Below, in pieces: positions 1 through 8,421 of a stretch of DNA of 32,000 nucleotides. This DNA is from Methanothermobacter marburgensis str. Marburg. Lineage in GTDB: Archaea > Methanobacteriota > Methanobacteria > Methanobacteriales > Methanothermobacteraceae. How positions within the stretch are numbered: position 1 is the first letter of the stretch; every line of letters begins with the position of its first letter. The notes under the pieces are model-generated. The model ran no database searches, was not told the DNA's origin, and worked only from the letters and a program-made list of their open reading frames with translations. The DNA lies in NCBI RefSeq assembly GCF_000145295.1, contig NC_014408.1, positions 60,001 to 92,000 on the forward strand, read 5' to 3'. The position numbers and the translations under genes are program-made.

Positions 1-137
1 CCCTTGCAGAGGTCTTCGTTGTCATGAGCGACGCCGACGGCAACAAGGCAACAGGAAGATCCACCAGGGAGGATATAGTGATGGCGAGTGTGGAGGCGGT
101 CCTCGATGCAATCAACAAGATCCTGAGCCTCAAATAG
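1..137 (+). CDS. 3' end of a 2-isopropylmalate/(R)-citramalate synthase-family gene (LeuA-type C-terminal regulatory domain); the 5' part lies outside the window
   Basis: Frame 3 is open from the window edge to TAG at 135-137. The translation ..[44 protein letters not shown] resembles the conserved tail (DIV.AS..A.L.AINK) of LeuA/CimA enzymes. Recognised from memory only. Confidence 0.5.
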   Translation, partial: LAEVFVVMSDADGNKATGRSTREDIVMASVEAVLDAINKILSLK

Positions 138-145
138 GTGTGCCG

Positions 146-1330
146 ATGGAGCCAGTATCAACATGTAAACTCTTCGGGGCTGTAAGGGCTGTTTCAGGCA
201 TCTGCAATGCTGTACCACTCATCCATGGCCCCAGGGGCTGCGCATACCACATCGGATACCTTCTGACGGCAAGGGGAGGTAAGAGAATAAGGGTTCTATC
301 AACAGAACTCACTGAATCAGATGTGGTATTTGGGGCAGCCGATAAACTCAAAAAGGCCATAATTGATGCCGACAGAACCCTTAAACCGGAACTCATAGCT
401 GTTATGAGCTCCTGTGCAACAAGCATAATAGGTGAGGATATAGGGAGGGCTGCAGAGGAGGTTAAGGGGGAAATCGACTCTAAAATCATAACCATCAGTG
501 CAGGGGGCTTTGAGTCAAACCAGGGCGAAGGATACCTTGAGGTCATGATGACACTCATTGAGTCCATTGCAGCTGATGCAAAACCATCAGATGAGCCATC
601 AATCAACATCATAGGGGAGTTCAGGGGCGGCCCCGACCTCAACCATATTGTGGATACCCTTGGCAGGATGGGTGTTTCTGTGAACTGTGTGCTCACATCC
701 GGGAGCACAGTCGGTGACATTGAGGGAATCGCGTCAGCCCATCTGAACTATTCCTTCTGTGATGTATCAGGAATAGGGCCCTGCAGGTTTCTCGAGGAGG
801 AATTCGGGATTCCATTCATCCACCACCCAATTCCCCTCGGATTTTCAAACACCCTGAGGTTCTATGAGGTGATACTTGAACACCTCAGCATTGATTACAC
901 CCTTCAGGATGAAGTCAGTGAATACGCTGAGGAAAGGGATCGTCTGAGATCGGAACTGGAGGGTGTGAGGGTCGGTATAGTTTCAGGGCCCACAAGGGCC
1001 GTTGCACTGGCTGGATTTGTAACTGAACTTGGAATGAAACCCGCTGTGGTGGCAATGGACATGATTGGTGAGTACACACTTGAGAACCTCTCTGGAACTG
1101 GCCTGAGGTCGGAGGTCCTGGTTGGGGCTGATCTCTCTGAGCTGGAGGATGCGCTTATCAGGAATGAACCTGAGGTCATACTCGGTGGAGTTGCAGAGAC
1201 ACGGTTTTCAGAATCACTGGGGGCGCCGCTTATCGATGTTATGCATGGTTATGCCCTCACTGCAGGGTTCAGGGGCGCATGTGTAACCGGCGGCAGGGTA
1301 CTTGAAGCGGTTAGGTCCAGAAGTTATTAA
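146..1330 (+). CDS. Nitrogenase component-1-like oxidoreductase family protein (NifD/NifE/NflD type; possible CfbD-like)
   Basis: ORF 140..1330. ATG 146 is preceded by AGGTG (136-140), and GTG 140 is an alternative start. N-terminal hallmarks CKLFGAVRAV and LIHGPRGCAY and the ~395 aa length fit Oxidored_nitro-type subunits. The subfamily cannot be resolved without alignment. Confidence 0.6.
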   Translation: MEPVSTCKLFGAVRAVSGICNAVPLIHGPRGCAYHIGYLLTARGGKRIRVLSTELTESDVVFGAADKLKKAIIDADRTLKPELIAVMSSCATSIIGEDIGRAAEEVKGEIDSKIITISAGGFESNQGEGYLEVMMTLIESIAADAKPSDEPSINIIGEFRGGPDLNHIVDTLGRMGVSVNCVLTSGSTVGDIEGIASAHLNYSFCDVSGIGPCRFLEEEFGIPFIHHPIPLGFSNTLRFYEVILEHLSIDYTLQDEVSEYAEERDRLRSELEGVRVGIVSGPTRAVALAGFVTELGMKPAVVAMDMIGEYTLENLSGTGLRSEVLVGADLSELEDALIRNEPEVILGGVAETRFSESLGAPLIDVMHGYALTAGFRGACVTGGRVLEAVRSRSY

Positions 1331-1355
1331 ATTTTTTAATTAGCATATCACAAAC

Positions 1356-1363
1356 TTTATATA
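1356..1363 (+). promoter_or_regulatory. TATA box (TTTATATA) of the albA promoter
   Basis: Perfect archaeal TATA consensus. It sits ~47 nt upstream of ATG 1410 and ~35 nt upstream of the GGAGGT SD (1398-1403), which predicts a TSS near 1386. Confidence 0.6.
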
Positions 1364-1409
1364 ATCAGGGGTTTCTATCTTTATTACAGACACTCTTGGA
1401 GGTTAAGTG

Positions 1410-1685
1410 ATGTCAGAGGAGAATGTAGTATACATCGGAAACAAGCCTGTAATGAACTATGTTCTGGCCGTAGTGACTCAGATGAACGGTGGAACCAGTG
1501 AAGTGATCCTTAAAGCCCGTGGAAGAGCTATAAGCAGGGCTGTTGACGTTGCGGAGATTGTCAGGAACCGTTTCATACCAGACATACAGATAGAGAACAT
1601 TGACATATGTACAGAGGAGATCATTGGTAACGAGGGAACCGCTACCAATGTTTCAGCAATAGAAATCCAGCTCAGAAAGGATTAG
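1410..1685 (+). CDS. albA: Alba (Sso10b/Mth10b-type) chromatin / nucleic-acid-binding protein
   Basis: The product [48 protein letters not shown].. is a typical Alba fold sequence. GGAGGT SD lies 6 nt before ATG 1410. The ORF-track start at 1407 is a GTG one codon upstream. Confidence 0.92.
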   Translation: MSEENVVYIGNKPVMNYVLAVVTQMNGGTSEVILKARGRAISRAVDVAEIVRNRFIPDIQIENIDICTEEIIGNEGTATNVSAIEIQLRKD

Positions 1686-1693
1686 GGATATAA

Positions 1694-1730
1694 AAGATGG
1701 AAGCCACAGGTTTCCATTCTTTTATATTTT
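1694..1730 (+). terminator. Hairpin plus T-rich tract downstream of albA
   Basis: AAGATGGAA (1694-1702) pairs with TTCCATTCTT (1712-1721) with one bulge and a 9-nt loop. It is followed by TCTTTTATATTTTA. Archaeal termination at oligo-T is established; the hairpin was read directly from the sequence. Confidence 0.5.
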
Positions 1731-1999
1731 ATATGCACTGAATTTTCAGGAACTTTACTCTTTATCAGGGGATTCAGAACAGTCATTGACTTCTCACTTA
1801 ACCCCAGCACAATACTTTATCAGAAATTAAGAGGGTCTTCATACCATTTCAGCTGACCTCAATGTAATATCTAATTTTCACAGGATTGTAATAGTTTATT
1901 CACATATTCTGAAGATTATGATTATTTTTTCAAGGTTTTTCAGTATTTTACTAAACTATTTATGGCAGTGTGGACATACAGAGAATCACTCCTCAATAC

Positions 2000-2007
2000 T
2001 TTATAAT
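2000..2007 (+). promoter_or_regulatory. TATA-like box (TTTATAAT) for the secreted-protein gene
   Basis: Lies ~30 nt upstream of the AGGAGGGGGG SD (2039-2048) and 46 nt upstream of ATG 2053. Confidence 0.45.
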
Positions 2008-2052
2008 TGAGGGGACTGAAAATTATTTTTCCTGAAAAAGGAGGGGGGATGA

Positions 2053-3939
2053 ATGAATAGGAAATTCAGGGCCTCCCGGTCCATTGGACCGGTAGGTCTA
2101 GGTCTGGTGGCACTTCTTTTAGTGTTGGCCCTCACAGGCACATCCTCTGCGGAAAGCGGAGGTCAGGCCGGAACAACACTCACAGCAAGTGTCACTGCAA
2201 ACACAAGCTATGTGAAGGAATACACATGGCAGATCCACAAGAACGTCACACCCGATAGCTGGGACATCTTTAAGGGAGACTCAGCCACCTCAGAGTACAC
2301 AGTAGGTGTTGAGAGGGAAAACCCGACAGAGAGGGCATGGATTGAGGGCAACGTGACTGTACACAATGGTGGGGGTGTTTCCACAGAGAACCTCTCGGTT
2401 ATACTGGAGCTGAGGGATGGTGTACCACCACCAGATGACCTTTTAGGGATTTATCCACTGGATATATCAGCGAATCCTGTTCTTGATCCAGGAGAAACAG
2501 GGACATACCCCTACAGGATTTACCTCACACCGGCACAGGTACACGCAGGGGGTAACTACAAGGTGACTGCGAATGTTACAATCACAAACCATTCAGGGCG
2601 CCTCGGAACACCCTTTGGACCGGGACCATCAGCAACGGCAACACTCCCTGCATCACCGGTGACGGTGAATGAGTGCATACATGTTGATGACACAAGTGGA
2701 GAGTCATGGCTCTTTAACGACTCAGGATCAGTTACATACACCAGGCGGTTCACCGGGGCTGGAACATACAACAACACGGCCACGATAAGGGAAACCGGTC
2801 AGAGTGCCAGTGCATCTGTCCAGGTTAACGTATATGAACTGATGGTCTCCAAGAATGCCACAACTTCCTACACAAGGACCTACACCTGGAACATCAGCAA
2901 GGAGGCCGACTTAAGAGAGGTCACCGTGAACATGGGGGACACTGCAACCGTGAACTACACGGTTAACATTTCAGTTGATACAGGAAAAGACAGTGACTGG
3001 ATGGTGGGGGGCACCATCACAGTGTTCAACCCTGCACCCATCGCCGCTGTAATAAACTCCATCTCTGATACCGTATCACCGGGACTTCTGATGAATTTAA
3101 CCGGCGCAACGTTCCCCCATGTACTTGAGCCAGGCGGGACACTTGTCCTCAACTACATGGGACGTCTACCTGATGGTTCTTCAAGGGTTAACACTGCAAC
3201 GGTGGTTCAGCAGAACCATGACCGCTACCTGGACAGTTCAGATATGGCCGGATCTACAGAGTACACTGCAATGGCTGATGTGGAATTCGGTGAACCTTCA
3301 GAACTTGTTGATGAATCTGTAACTGTATCCGACGACAGATGGGGCTACCTGGGAGTCATCACTGTGGGCAGTGACATAATGCCTGGAGAAACCTACACCT
3401 TCAACTATTCTGTGACCTATGGACCCTACAATGCACCTGGACTTTACACAGAGGTTAACGAGGCATCATTTGTGACCTGTGATACCAGCACCGGGGGATC
3501 AGACTCATGGCTGGTTGATGTATATGTGAGGAGCCCCTACGGCACACTGACAATAGGTTACTGGAAGACACACGCCGGTTTCAATGGAAACAACCAGGAT
3601 GCTGTCACACCACTCCTTGGCACGGGTCTATGGCTTGGAACTGCCGGTGGAGATAGGAGTGTACTTGTCACCACCGCTGAACAGGCTGTGAGAATCCTAA
3701 GCTTTAATGGCTCAGCATCCAATGGAATAAACAAGCTATATGCACAGCTACTTGCAGCAAAACTGAATATACTCAACGGAGCCTATGCTTCCCCACAGGT
3801 TCTCAGCGTGATTGCCCAGGCAGATGCTTTCCTCGCAATCCATGACACATCAAGCTGGAGCAGCCTCAGCAAAAAGGATCAGCAGAAAGTCCTCCAGTGG
3901 ATGAGTATGCTGGATAAATACAACAATGGAATGCTCTAG
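2053..3939 (+). CDS. Secreted/surface protein with duplicated beta-sandwich-like modules and a C-terminal helical domain; function unknown
   Basis: 628-aa ORF with a strong SD. Sec-type signal peptide MNRKFRASRSIGPVGLGLVALLLVLALTGTSSA. About 15 N-x-S/T sequons. There is an internal two-module duplication (YTWQIHK..GDSATSEYTV..GNVTVHN versus YTWNISK..GDTATVNYTV..GGTITVFN). No family name recognised with confidence. Confidence 0.8.
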   Translation: MNRKFRASRSIGPVGLGLVALLLVLALTGTSSAESGGQAGTTLTASVTANTSYVKEYTWQIHKNVTPDSWDIFKGDSATSEYTVGVERENPTERAWIEGNVTVHNGGGVSTENLSVILELRDGVPPPDDLLGIYPLDISANPVLDPGETGTYPYRIYLTPAQVHAGGNYKVTANVTITNHSGRLGTPFGPGPSATATLPASPVTVNECIHVDDTSGESWLFNDSGSVTYTRRFTGAGTYNNTATIRETGQSASASVQVNVYELMVSKNATTSYTRTYTWNISKEADLREVTVNMGDTATVNYTVNISVDTGKDSDWMVGGTITVFNPAPIAAVINSISDTVSPGLLMNLTGATFPHVLEPGGTLVLNYMGRLPDGSSRVNTATVVQQNHDRYLDSSDMAGSTEYTAMADVEFGEPSELVDESVTVSDDRWGYLGVITVGSDIMPGETYTFNYSVTYGPYNAPGLYTEVNEASFVTCDTSTGGSDSWLVDVYVRSPYGTLTIGYWKTHAGFNGNNQDAVTPLLGTGLWLGTAGGDRSVLVTTAEQAVRILSFNGSASNGINKLYAQLLAAKLNILNGAYASPQVLSVIAQADAFLAIHDTSSWSSLSKKDQQKVLQWMSMLDKYNNGML

Positions 3940-3960
3940 GCATTCCATAAAACTTTTTTT
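3928..3960 (+). terminator. Intrinsic-type terminator: 7-bp perfect hairpin plus T7
   Basis: GGAATGC (3928-3934) pairs with GCATTCC (3940-3946) around the 5-nt loop TCTAG, which contains the stop codon. T7 follows at 3954-3960. Confidence 0.6.
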
Positions 3961-3989
3961 AGAGTGCATAATTCTAGGATTTCATAAAT

Positions 3990-4934
3990 TTAGACCTTCT
4001 CTTTAAACCAGAACACCTGTTTTGCGCCCGATGAGGCCTCCCTGAACCTGCTGTTTAGGAACTCAACCCTGTGGATGGAGATCCTTATGACGTTCATATC
4101 CACGGGGAGGTTTCTCATGGACTCAGGATTGAGACCCCTTAGATTATAGATCCTCTCTGATTCATCTTCATCCAGTATATCCACAGCACCGGTTATCTGC
4201 ATCCCTGCCAGGTTGCTCATGGATGTGTAGTCCTCGTAAACTGCAACAGAGGCGTTGCTGTTCTCAAGGATACCGGCAAATTTCTCCCCACCCTCGGTGA
4301 TCACGTATATGGACTCACCGTCATACACGTATTCAAGGGGTGTTGCCCTTGGTCGGTTACCATGGCAGGTTGCAAGGACACATGTGTTATGGGACCTCAG
4401 AAATTCATCAATGGATTCACGGAGTTTATCCTCATCAATGTCAGTCATAAGTGAGTCCCTGATTTCTTTAAGGTCAAGGGCAACTTCAATCACCTCTGAG
4501 ATATCAAAGAGGTCGGAATCCTTAATTTCAATTCCAGCAACCTCAGAGAACCTCCTGAGATCCTCAATATCCCCATCAGAGAGTCTGTCAAGGATCATAC
4601 GCCCACCAAGGGTGGCTGAATGGACAGCACCCCCAAGAAGTTTTTCAGCCTCACTGAGAGCCCTTCTACCATCATCCGGGCTCAGGGAAACTGAGAATAT
4701 CGCCACGGGTTTATCACGAAGCCAGGGATTTTTCTTTATAAAATCGGTTATTCTGTCGTGTAAACGGCCCCTGTAAACCCCTGAACCAATAACGAAGAAG
4801 TCAAATTCCCTGTAGTCTTTCTGAAACTCTTCTGTGGTGCAGCACCTTGAGGGCCCGAGTATTCTCCCGATGGTTGATGCGGCTTCCTCTGTGGAGCCGT
4901 AGGTGCTCTCATAGATTATGAGTGTCCTGAACAT
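3990..4934 (-). CDS. Flavodoxin-like domain fused to a PNPOx-like (pyridoxamine 5'-phosphate oxidase family) FMN-binding split-barrel domain
   Basis: The N-terminus TLIIYESTYGSTEEAASTIG is a flavodoxin-type phosphate loop. The C-terminal half (HNTCVLATCHGNRPRATPLEYVYDGESIYVITEGGEKF) looks like the PNPOx/general-stress-26 family. GGTGA SD lies before ATG 4934. Confidence 0.7.
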   Translation of the reverse strand: MFRTLIIYESTYGSTEEAASTIGRILGPSRCCTTEEFQKDYREFDFFVIGSGVYRGRLHDRITDFIKKNPWLRDKPVAIFSVSLSPDDGRRALSEAEKLLGGAVHSATLGGRMILDRLSDGDIEDLRRFSEVAGIEIKDSDLFDISEVIEVALDLKEIRDSLMTDIDEDKLRESIDEFLRSHNTCVLATCHGNRPRATPLEYVYDGESIYVITEGGEKFAGILENSNASVAVYEDYTSMSNLAGMQITGAVDILDEDESERIYNLRGLNPESMRNLPVDMNVIRISIHRVEFLNSRFREASSGAKQVFWFKEKV

Positions 4935-4950
4935 ACCTTCACCTTCAGTT

Positions 4951-4971
4951 TTTTAAATAAAAAAGAAGGGT
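4951..4971 (-). terminator. Oligo-T tract after the PQQ-propeller gene
   Basis: The minus strand reads CCCTTCTTTTTTATTT directly after the stop at 4972-4974 (plus-strand A6 at 4959-4964). Confidence 0.4.
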
Positions 4972-6180
4972 TTATTTTCTTGCAACCCTTCTTATCACGG
5001 CTCCGGCCCCTATGATGGCTATTATTATCGCCGCCACATAGTATGCGAATGGTGAGGTTGGGCCCTCCTTCTTTTTGGAGTCAAGGGCGTAGATGTAGCC
5101 GTTTTCTGTTGCAAAGTAGATGGTTTTGCCGTAGACTACGGGTGATGAACTTGCTGGTGAGTTGAAAAGGTAGTAACCCGGTGAGTAGCTCCACTCCTCC
5201 TTCCCTGTGTACTTGTTGAGGATGTGGAGTGTCCCGTCATCTGAGCCCACAGCCACCATGTTCTCAAAGAGTGCTGGCGCTGATCTCACGGCACCGCCTG
5301 TTTTGAATGACCATTTCAGGGTACCTGTCCTTGTGTCAAGTGAGGTCACGTTGCCGTCATCGCATCCAGCAAAGAGGCTGTTCTCCTCTGTGTCAATGGC
5401 GGGTGTTGACCTGACCCTGTCACCGAGGCTGTACCTCCAGACCGCGCTTCCATCGGACTCTGATAGGGCATACATGTTCCCGTCATCTGACCCCACATAG
5501 ATGGTTCCGTTCCAGAAGGCCGGTGATGATATAACCTGGTCACCGGTTGTGTAGCTCCACTTCTCCTTTCCGTCGGACTCTGATAGGGCATAGACATTAC
5601 CGTTGCATGATCCAAAGTAGACGGTTCCGTTCACCACAAGTGGTGATGATTTAACAGCCTCCCCGGCATAGAACTCCCACTTCTTTGACCCGTCATCCGC
5701 ATCAACTGCGTAAAGCCTGCAGTCATCTGACCCCACATATACGGTACCCCCGCTAACTGCAGGGGATGACTCTATCCTGTTGCCTGTTTTAAATTTCCAT
5801 TCGAGGTCACCGGTGTCTGTGTCTATGGCGTAGAGGTATCCGTCCCCTGAACCCACATAAAGGGTACCATTGACCACCGCAGGGGATGATACAACCGCGC
5901 CCCCTGTCCGGTAGCTCCAGACAACTGAACCGGTCTCGAGGTTCACCGCATAAACCTTTCCATCGACTGAGCCGATGTAGGCAACCTTGTTGAATATTGC
6001 GGGTGATGACTTTATCCCGCCGATGGAGAGATACCATGTCCTTGCTGAGAAGTCACTTGGCTCCTCAGAGAAACCTGTGCGCTGCTGGTCCCCATGGAAG
6101 AGGGGCCAGTCTGCAGCTGATACAGGACTTAAAACCATCCCAATGATTATAAGTGCCGCAATTAAACTTTTCCTCATCAT
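4972..6180 (-). CDS. Extracellular PQQ-like beta-propeller repeat protein with signal peptide and C-terminal membrane anchor
   Basis: Signal peptide MMRKSLIAALIIIGMVLSPVSAADW. About eight repeats of the G.(V/L)YA(V/L)...G...W type. C-terminal hydrophobic helix plus basic tail (SPFAYYVAAIIIAIIGAGAVIRRVARK). AGGTGG SD lies before the ATG. Confidence 0.8.
   Translation of the reverse strand: MMRKSLIAALIIIGMVLSPVSAADWPLFHGDQQRTGFSEEPSDFSARTWYLSIGGIKSSPAIFNKVAYIGSVDGKVYAVNLETGSVVWSYRTGGAVVSSPAVVNGTLYVGSGDGYLYAIDTDTGDLEWKFKTGNRIESSPAVSGGTVYVGSDDCRLYAVDADDGSKKWEFYAGEAVKSSPLVVNGTVYFGSCNGNVYALSESDGKEKWSYTTGDQVISSPAFWNGTIYVGSDDGNMYALSESDGSAVWRYSLGDRVRSTPAIDTEENSLFAGCDDGNVTSLDTRTGTLKWSFKTGGAVRSAPALFENMVAVGSDDGTLHILNKYTGKEEWSYSPGYYLFNSPASSSPVVYGKTIYFATENGYIYALDSKKKEGPTSPFAYYVAAIIIAIIGAGAVIRRVARK
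5453..5592. repeat. Intragenic direct repeat (20-bp exact copies 120 bp apart) marking a recent propeller-blade duplication
   Basis: TCGGACTCTGATAGGGCATA occurs at 5453-5472 and again at 5573-5592. Both copies encode YALSESDG in consecutive 40-aa blades. Confidence 0.85.
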
Positions 6181-6208
6181 ATTACCACCTGAAATTTAGT
6201 CTTAACAC

Positions 6209-7366
6209 CTAAATGTCCCTGTTAAACCTGGTAACCCCCATTGCAAAGAACAGGAGTGTGAATCCCACAAGCACGGCCAGGTCAAGCCAGATGTCCCCGA
6301 CACCTGCACCCTTCAGCATCACTGACCTAAGAGCGTCGTTGGCATAGGTGAGGGGCACCACGTAGGCCAGCTTCTGGAACACCCATGGCATGGTCTCAAT
6401 GGGGTAAAAGACCCCTGATACGAACATCATGGGCATTGCAAAGGGCATAACCATCTGCATGTAGTCCTCCTGGGTCCCCACCCTCGCCGATATCATTATT
6501 CCGAATCCCACAAAGCACAGTGCTGTGAGTACAAGTAGAAGGACCGTAAGGAGCATGCTGCCGTTGATCTTTATTCCGAAGAGTAGTATGGCGACACAGA
6601 GCAGCAGGAATGCTCTTCCACTTTCTATAACCAGTTTTGAGATTATTTTACCCCCAACAACTGTTGAAACGCTTGTGGGGGTCATGAAGAGACGTGCGAG
6701 TTCTCCCCTCTCCCTTTCCCCTGCAATTGACTGTCCCATACCGAACATGCAGGAGAACATTATGGTCATTGCAAGTACCGCGGGCACAAGGAAATCCATG
6801 TACTTGACGTCCCCGTAGATCCTGTCAACCTGGAAGTTTATCGTGCTCACGATGCTCTGAAAGCCCGTCTCCCCGGGGGTTGAATTCTGGTTCTGAATAT
6901 TCACAGCGGGGCTCTGCATCTTCTGAACCGCTATTTCACCTGAAAGCCTGCTGAACAGCGCCTGGGTTGCAGGTACCAGGGCCTGACTTGCCAGCTGGTC
7001 AGAGGAGTCAAGGTACATGACCACTGTTGGCTCGTCTGTGAGATTGTCATAGTTGGGGGGCAGTATTATTGCCGCCTTGACCTCCCCGGCGTCCACCATG
7101 TCCCTTGCGGTTTCAGGGTCCTTCATGATATCCTTAATATCGTAGAGGCTCATGTTCCTCATTGCAGCGACGGTCTGGTCTGTGAGGGGTCCGCTGCTCT
7201 GCTCAACTATAACCACAGGTATGTTCTCCAGTGTACCACCCATACCGTAACCGAAGAGGGTTATCATGAGTATGGGGAACAGTATGATTGATATGAGGCG
7301 GGGTTTGTGCCTCCAGAGGACTATGAGGTCCTTCTTGAGCATCCACATTACCTTCTTCATTTCCAT
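6209..7366 (-). CDS. ABC-2 type exporter permease
   Basis: 385 aa. One N-terminal TM helix, a large external loop, then five or more TM helices, which is ABC-2 topology. GGAGGT SD overlaps the upstream ATPase stop. Confidence 0.8.
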   Translation of the reverse strand: MEMKKVMWMLKKDLIVLWRHKPRLISIILFPILMITLFGYGMGGTLENIPVVIVEQSSGPLTDQTVAAMRNMSLYDIKDIMKDPETARDMVDAGEVKAAIILPPNYDNLTDEPTVVMYLDSSDQLASQALVPATQALFSRLSGEIAVQKMQSPAVNIQNQNSTPGETGFQSIVSTINFQVDRIYGDVKYMDFLVPAVLAMTIMFSCMFGMGQSIAGERERGELARLFMTPTSVSTVVGGKIISKLVIESGRAFLLLCVAILLFGIKINGSMLLTVLLLVLTALCFVGFGIMISARVGTQEDYMQMVMPFAMPMMFVSGVFYPIETMPWVFQKLAYVVPLTYANDALRSVMLKGAGVGDIWLDLAVLVGFTLLFFAMGVTRFNRDI

Positions 7367-7371
7367 AACGG

Positions 7372-8421
7372 TTACCTCCCTGTAACCTTCATAAATACAT
7401 CCTCAAGTGAGGGGTCCCTGGTTGAAATTGAGCTGATCCTGGCATTGTTCCTTATAACTGCCCCGAGGACGTCATTTATGGCAGTGTCACAGCTTTCATC
7501 CAGTTCAAGTATTATCCTGCCGGTGTGGTGCCTTTTAACCTCCAGTGTAACCGGGAGGGATTCAAGTTCAGCTATGAGTTCGTCGCTGAGGTCGGTGATC
7601 AGCATGCTGAGCTCCCTACCGGCGCAGGTCCCGGATTTTTTCATTTCCTCAATGACCTTTTTTTCGGATTCAGGGGTCTCCTCCTGAATTCTTTCAAGTA
7701 TGGTGCCAATCTCCCGTGCCTTTAGGGATTCCTCCTCTCTTATAACGGTGTCCTTGAGGCCCTGGGGCGTGTCAAAGGCTGCTAGCAAACCCTGATTTAT
7801 TATACCCACGTAGTCACAGAGGAGTTCAACCTCATACATGTCATGGGAGCAGAGTATGATGGTGTGGCCGCTGCTGTTCAGTTCCTCGATGAGGTCCCAC
7901 AGCACCCTCTTTGTTGTCGGGTCAAGTCCTATGGTTGGTTCGTCGAGGAAGAGTATGTCTGGCTGGTGTATCAGGCTTGCAACCAGTGAAACCTTCTGCT
8001 GCTGTCCCCCTGACATCTGTCCAACGGGTTTATCTGCCGCGTACTTTATGTCAACCAGCTCCATGAGTTCATCGATCCTTGTTTCCTTGAGGTCCTCTGG
8101 CATCCCGTAGAAGTCTGCGCACATCTCCACGTTCTCCCTTGCTGTGAGGTCCTCGTAGAGGCTGACCTTCTGGGGGACCATACCTATCTGCTGTCTCACC
8201 TCGTCGGGGTTCTCCAGTATATCGTATCCGGCGACACGGGCTGTACCTGAGGTTGGTGGTATGAGGCAGGTGAGCATCTTTATGGTTGTGGTCTTACCCG
8301 CCCCGTTGGGCCCCAGGAACCCGAAGATTGAGTTCTTCTCTATCTTCATGTTGAGGCTGTCAACTGCTTTGAAGTCCCCGTAGACCTTTGTGAGGTCATA
8401 GGTCTCTATGGCATATTTCAT
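7372..8421 (-). CDS. ABC transporter ATP-binding protein (DrrA/CcmA-like, with C-terminal extension)
   Basis: Walker A GPNGAGKTT, signature MSGGQQQKVSL, Walker B ILFLDEPT and H-loop SHDM. The start overlaps the padR stop (ATGA, 8418-8421). Confidence 0.9.
   Translation of the reverse strand: MKYAIETYDLTKVYGDFKAVDSLNMKIEKNSIFGFLGPNGAGKTTTIKMLTCLIPPTSGTARVAGYDILENPDEVRQQIGMVPQKVSLYEDLTARENVEMCADFYGMPEDLKETRIDELMELVDIKYAADKPVGQMSGGQQQKVSLVASLIHQPDILFLDEPTIGLDPTTKRVLWDLIEELNSSGHTIILCSHDMYEVELLCDYVGIINQGLLAAFDTPQGLKDTVIREEESLKAREIGTILERIQEETPESEKKVIEEMKKSGTCAGRELSMLITDLSDELIAELESLPVTLEVKRHHTGRIILELDESCDTAINDVLGAVIRNNARISSISTRDPSLEDVFMKVTGR

Noticed and set aside
130-720. 196-aa minus-strand ORF overlapping the nitrogenase-like gene
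   Set aside because: It lies entirely antisense to a well-supported gene. The composition is Ser/Pro/Leu-rich and low in complexity, there is no SD, and it looks like a typical mirror-frame artefact.
1-1330. The idea that the upstream synthase is a NifV-like homocitrate synthase feeding a NifEN-like scaffold
   Set aside because: The visible C-terminus carries the LeuA-type regulatory tail, which NifV/AksA-type homocitrate synthases lack as far as I recall. No other nif genes are adjacent.
1918-2010. 30-codon ORF (MIIFSRFFSILLNYLWQCGH...) in the AT-rich spacer
   Set aside because: No SD. It lies in AT-rich promoter-like DNA, and there is nothing to distinguish it from a chance ORF.
4255-4776. 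173-aa plus-strand ORF antisense to the flavodoxin-PNPOx gene
   Set aside because: Ser/Arg-rich antisense frame with no motif and no translation signals.
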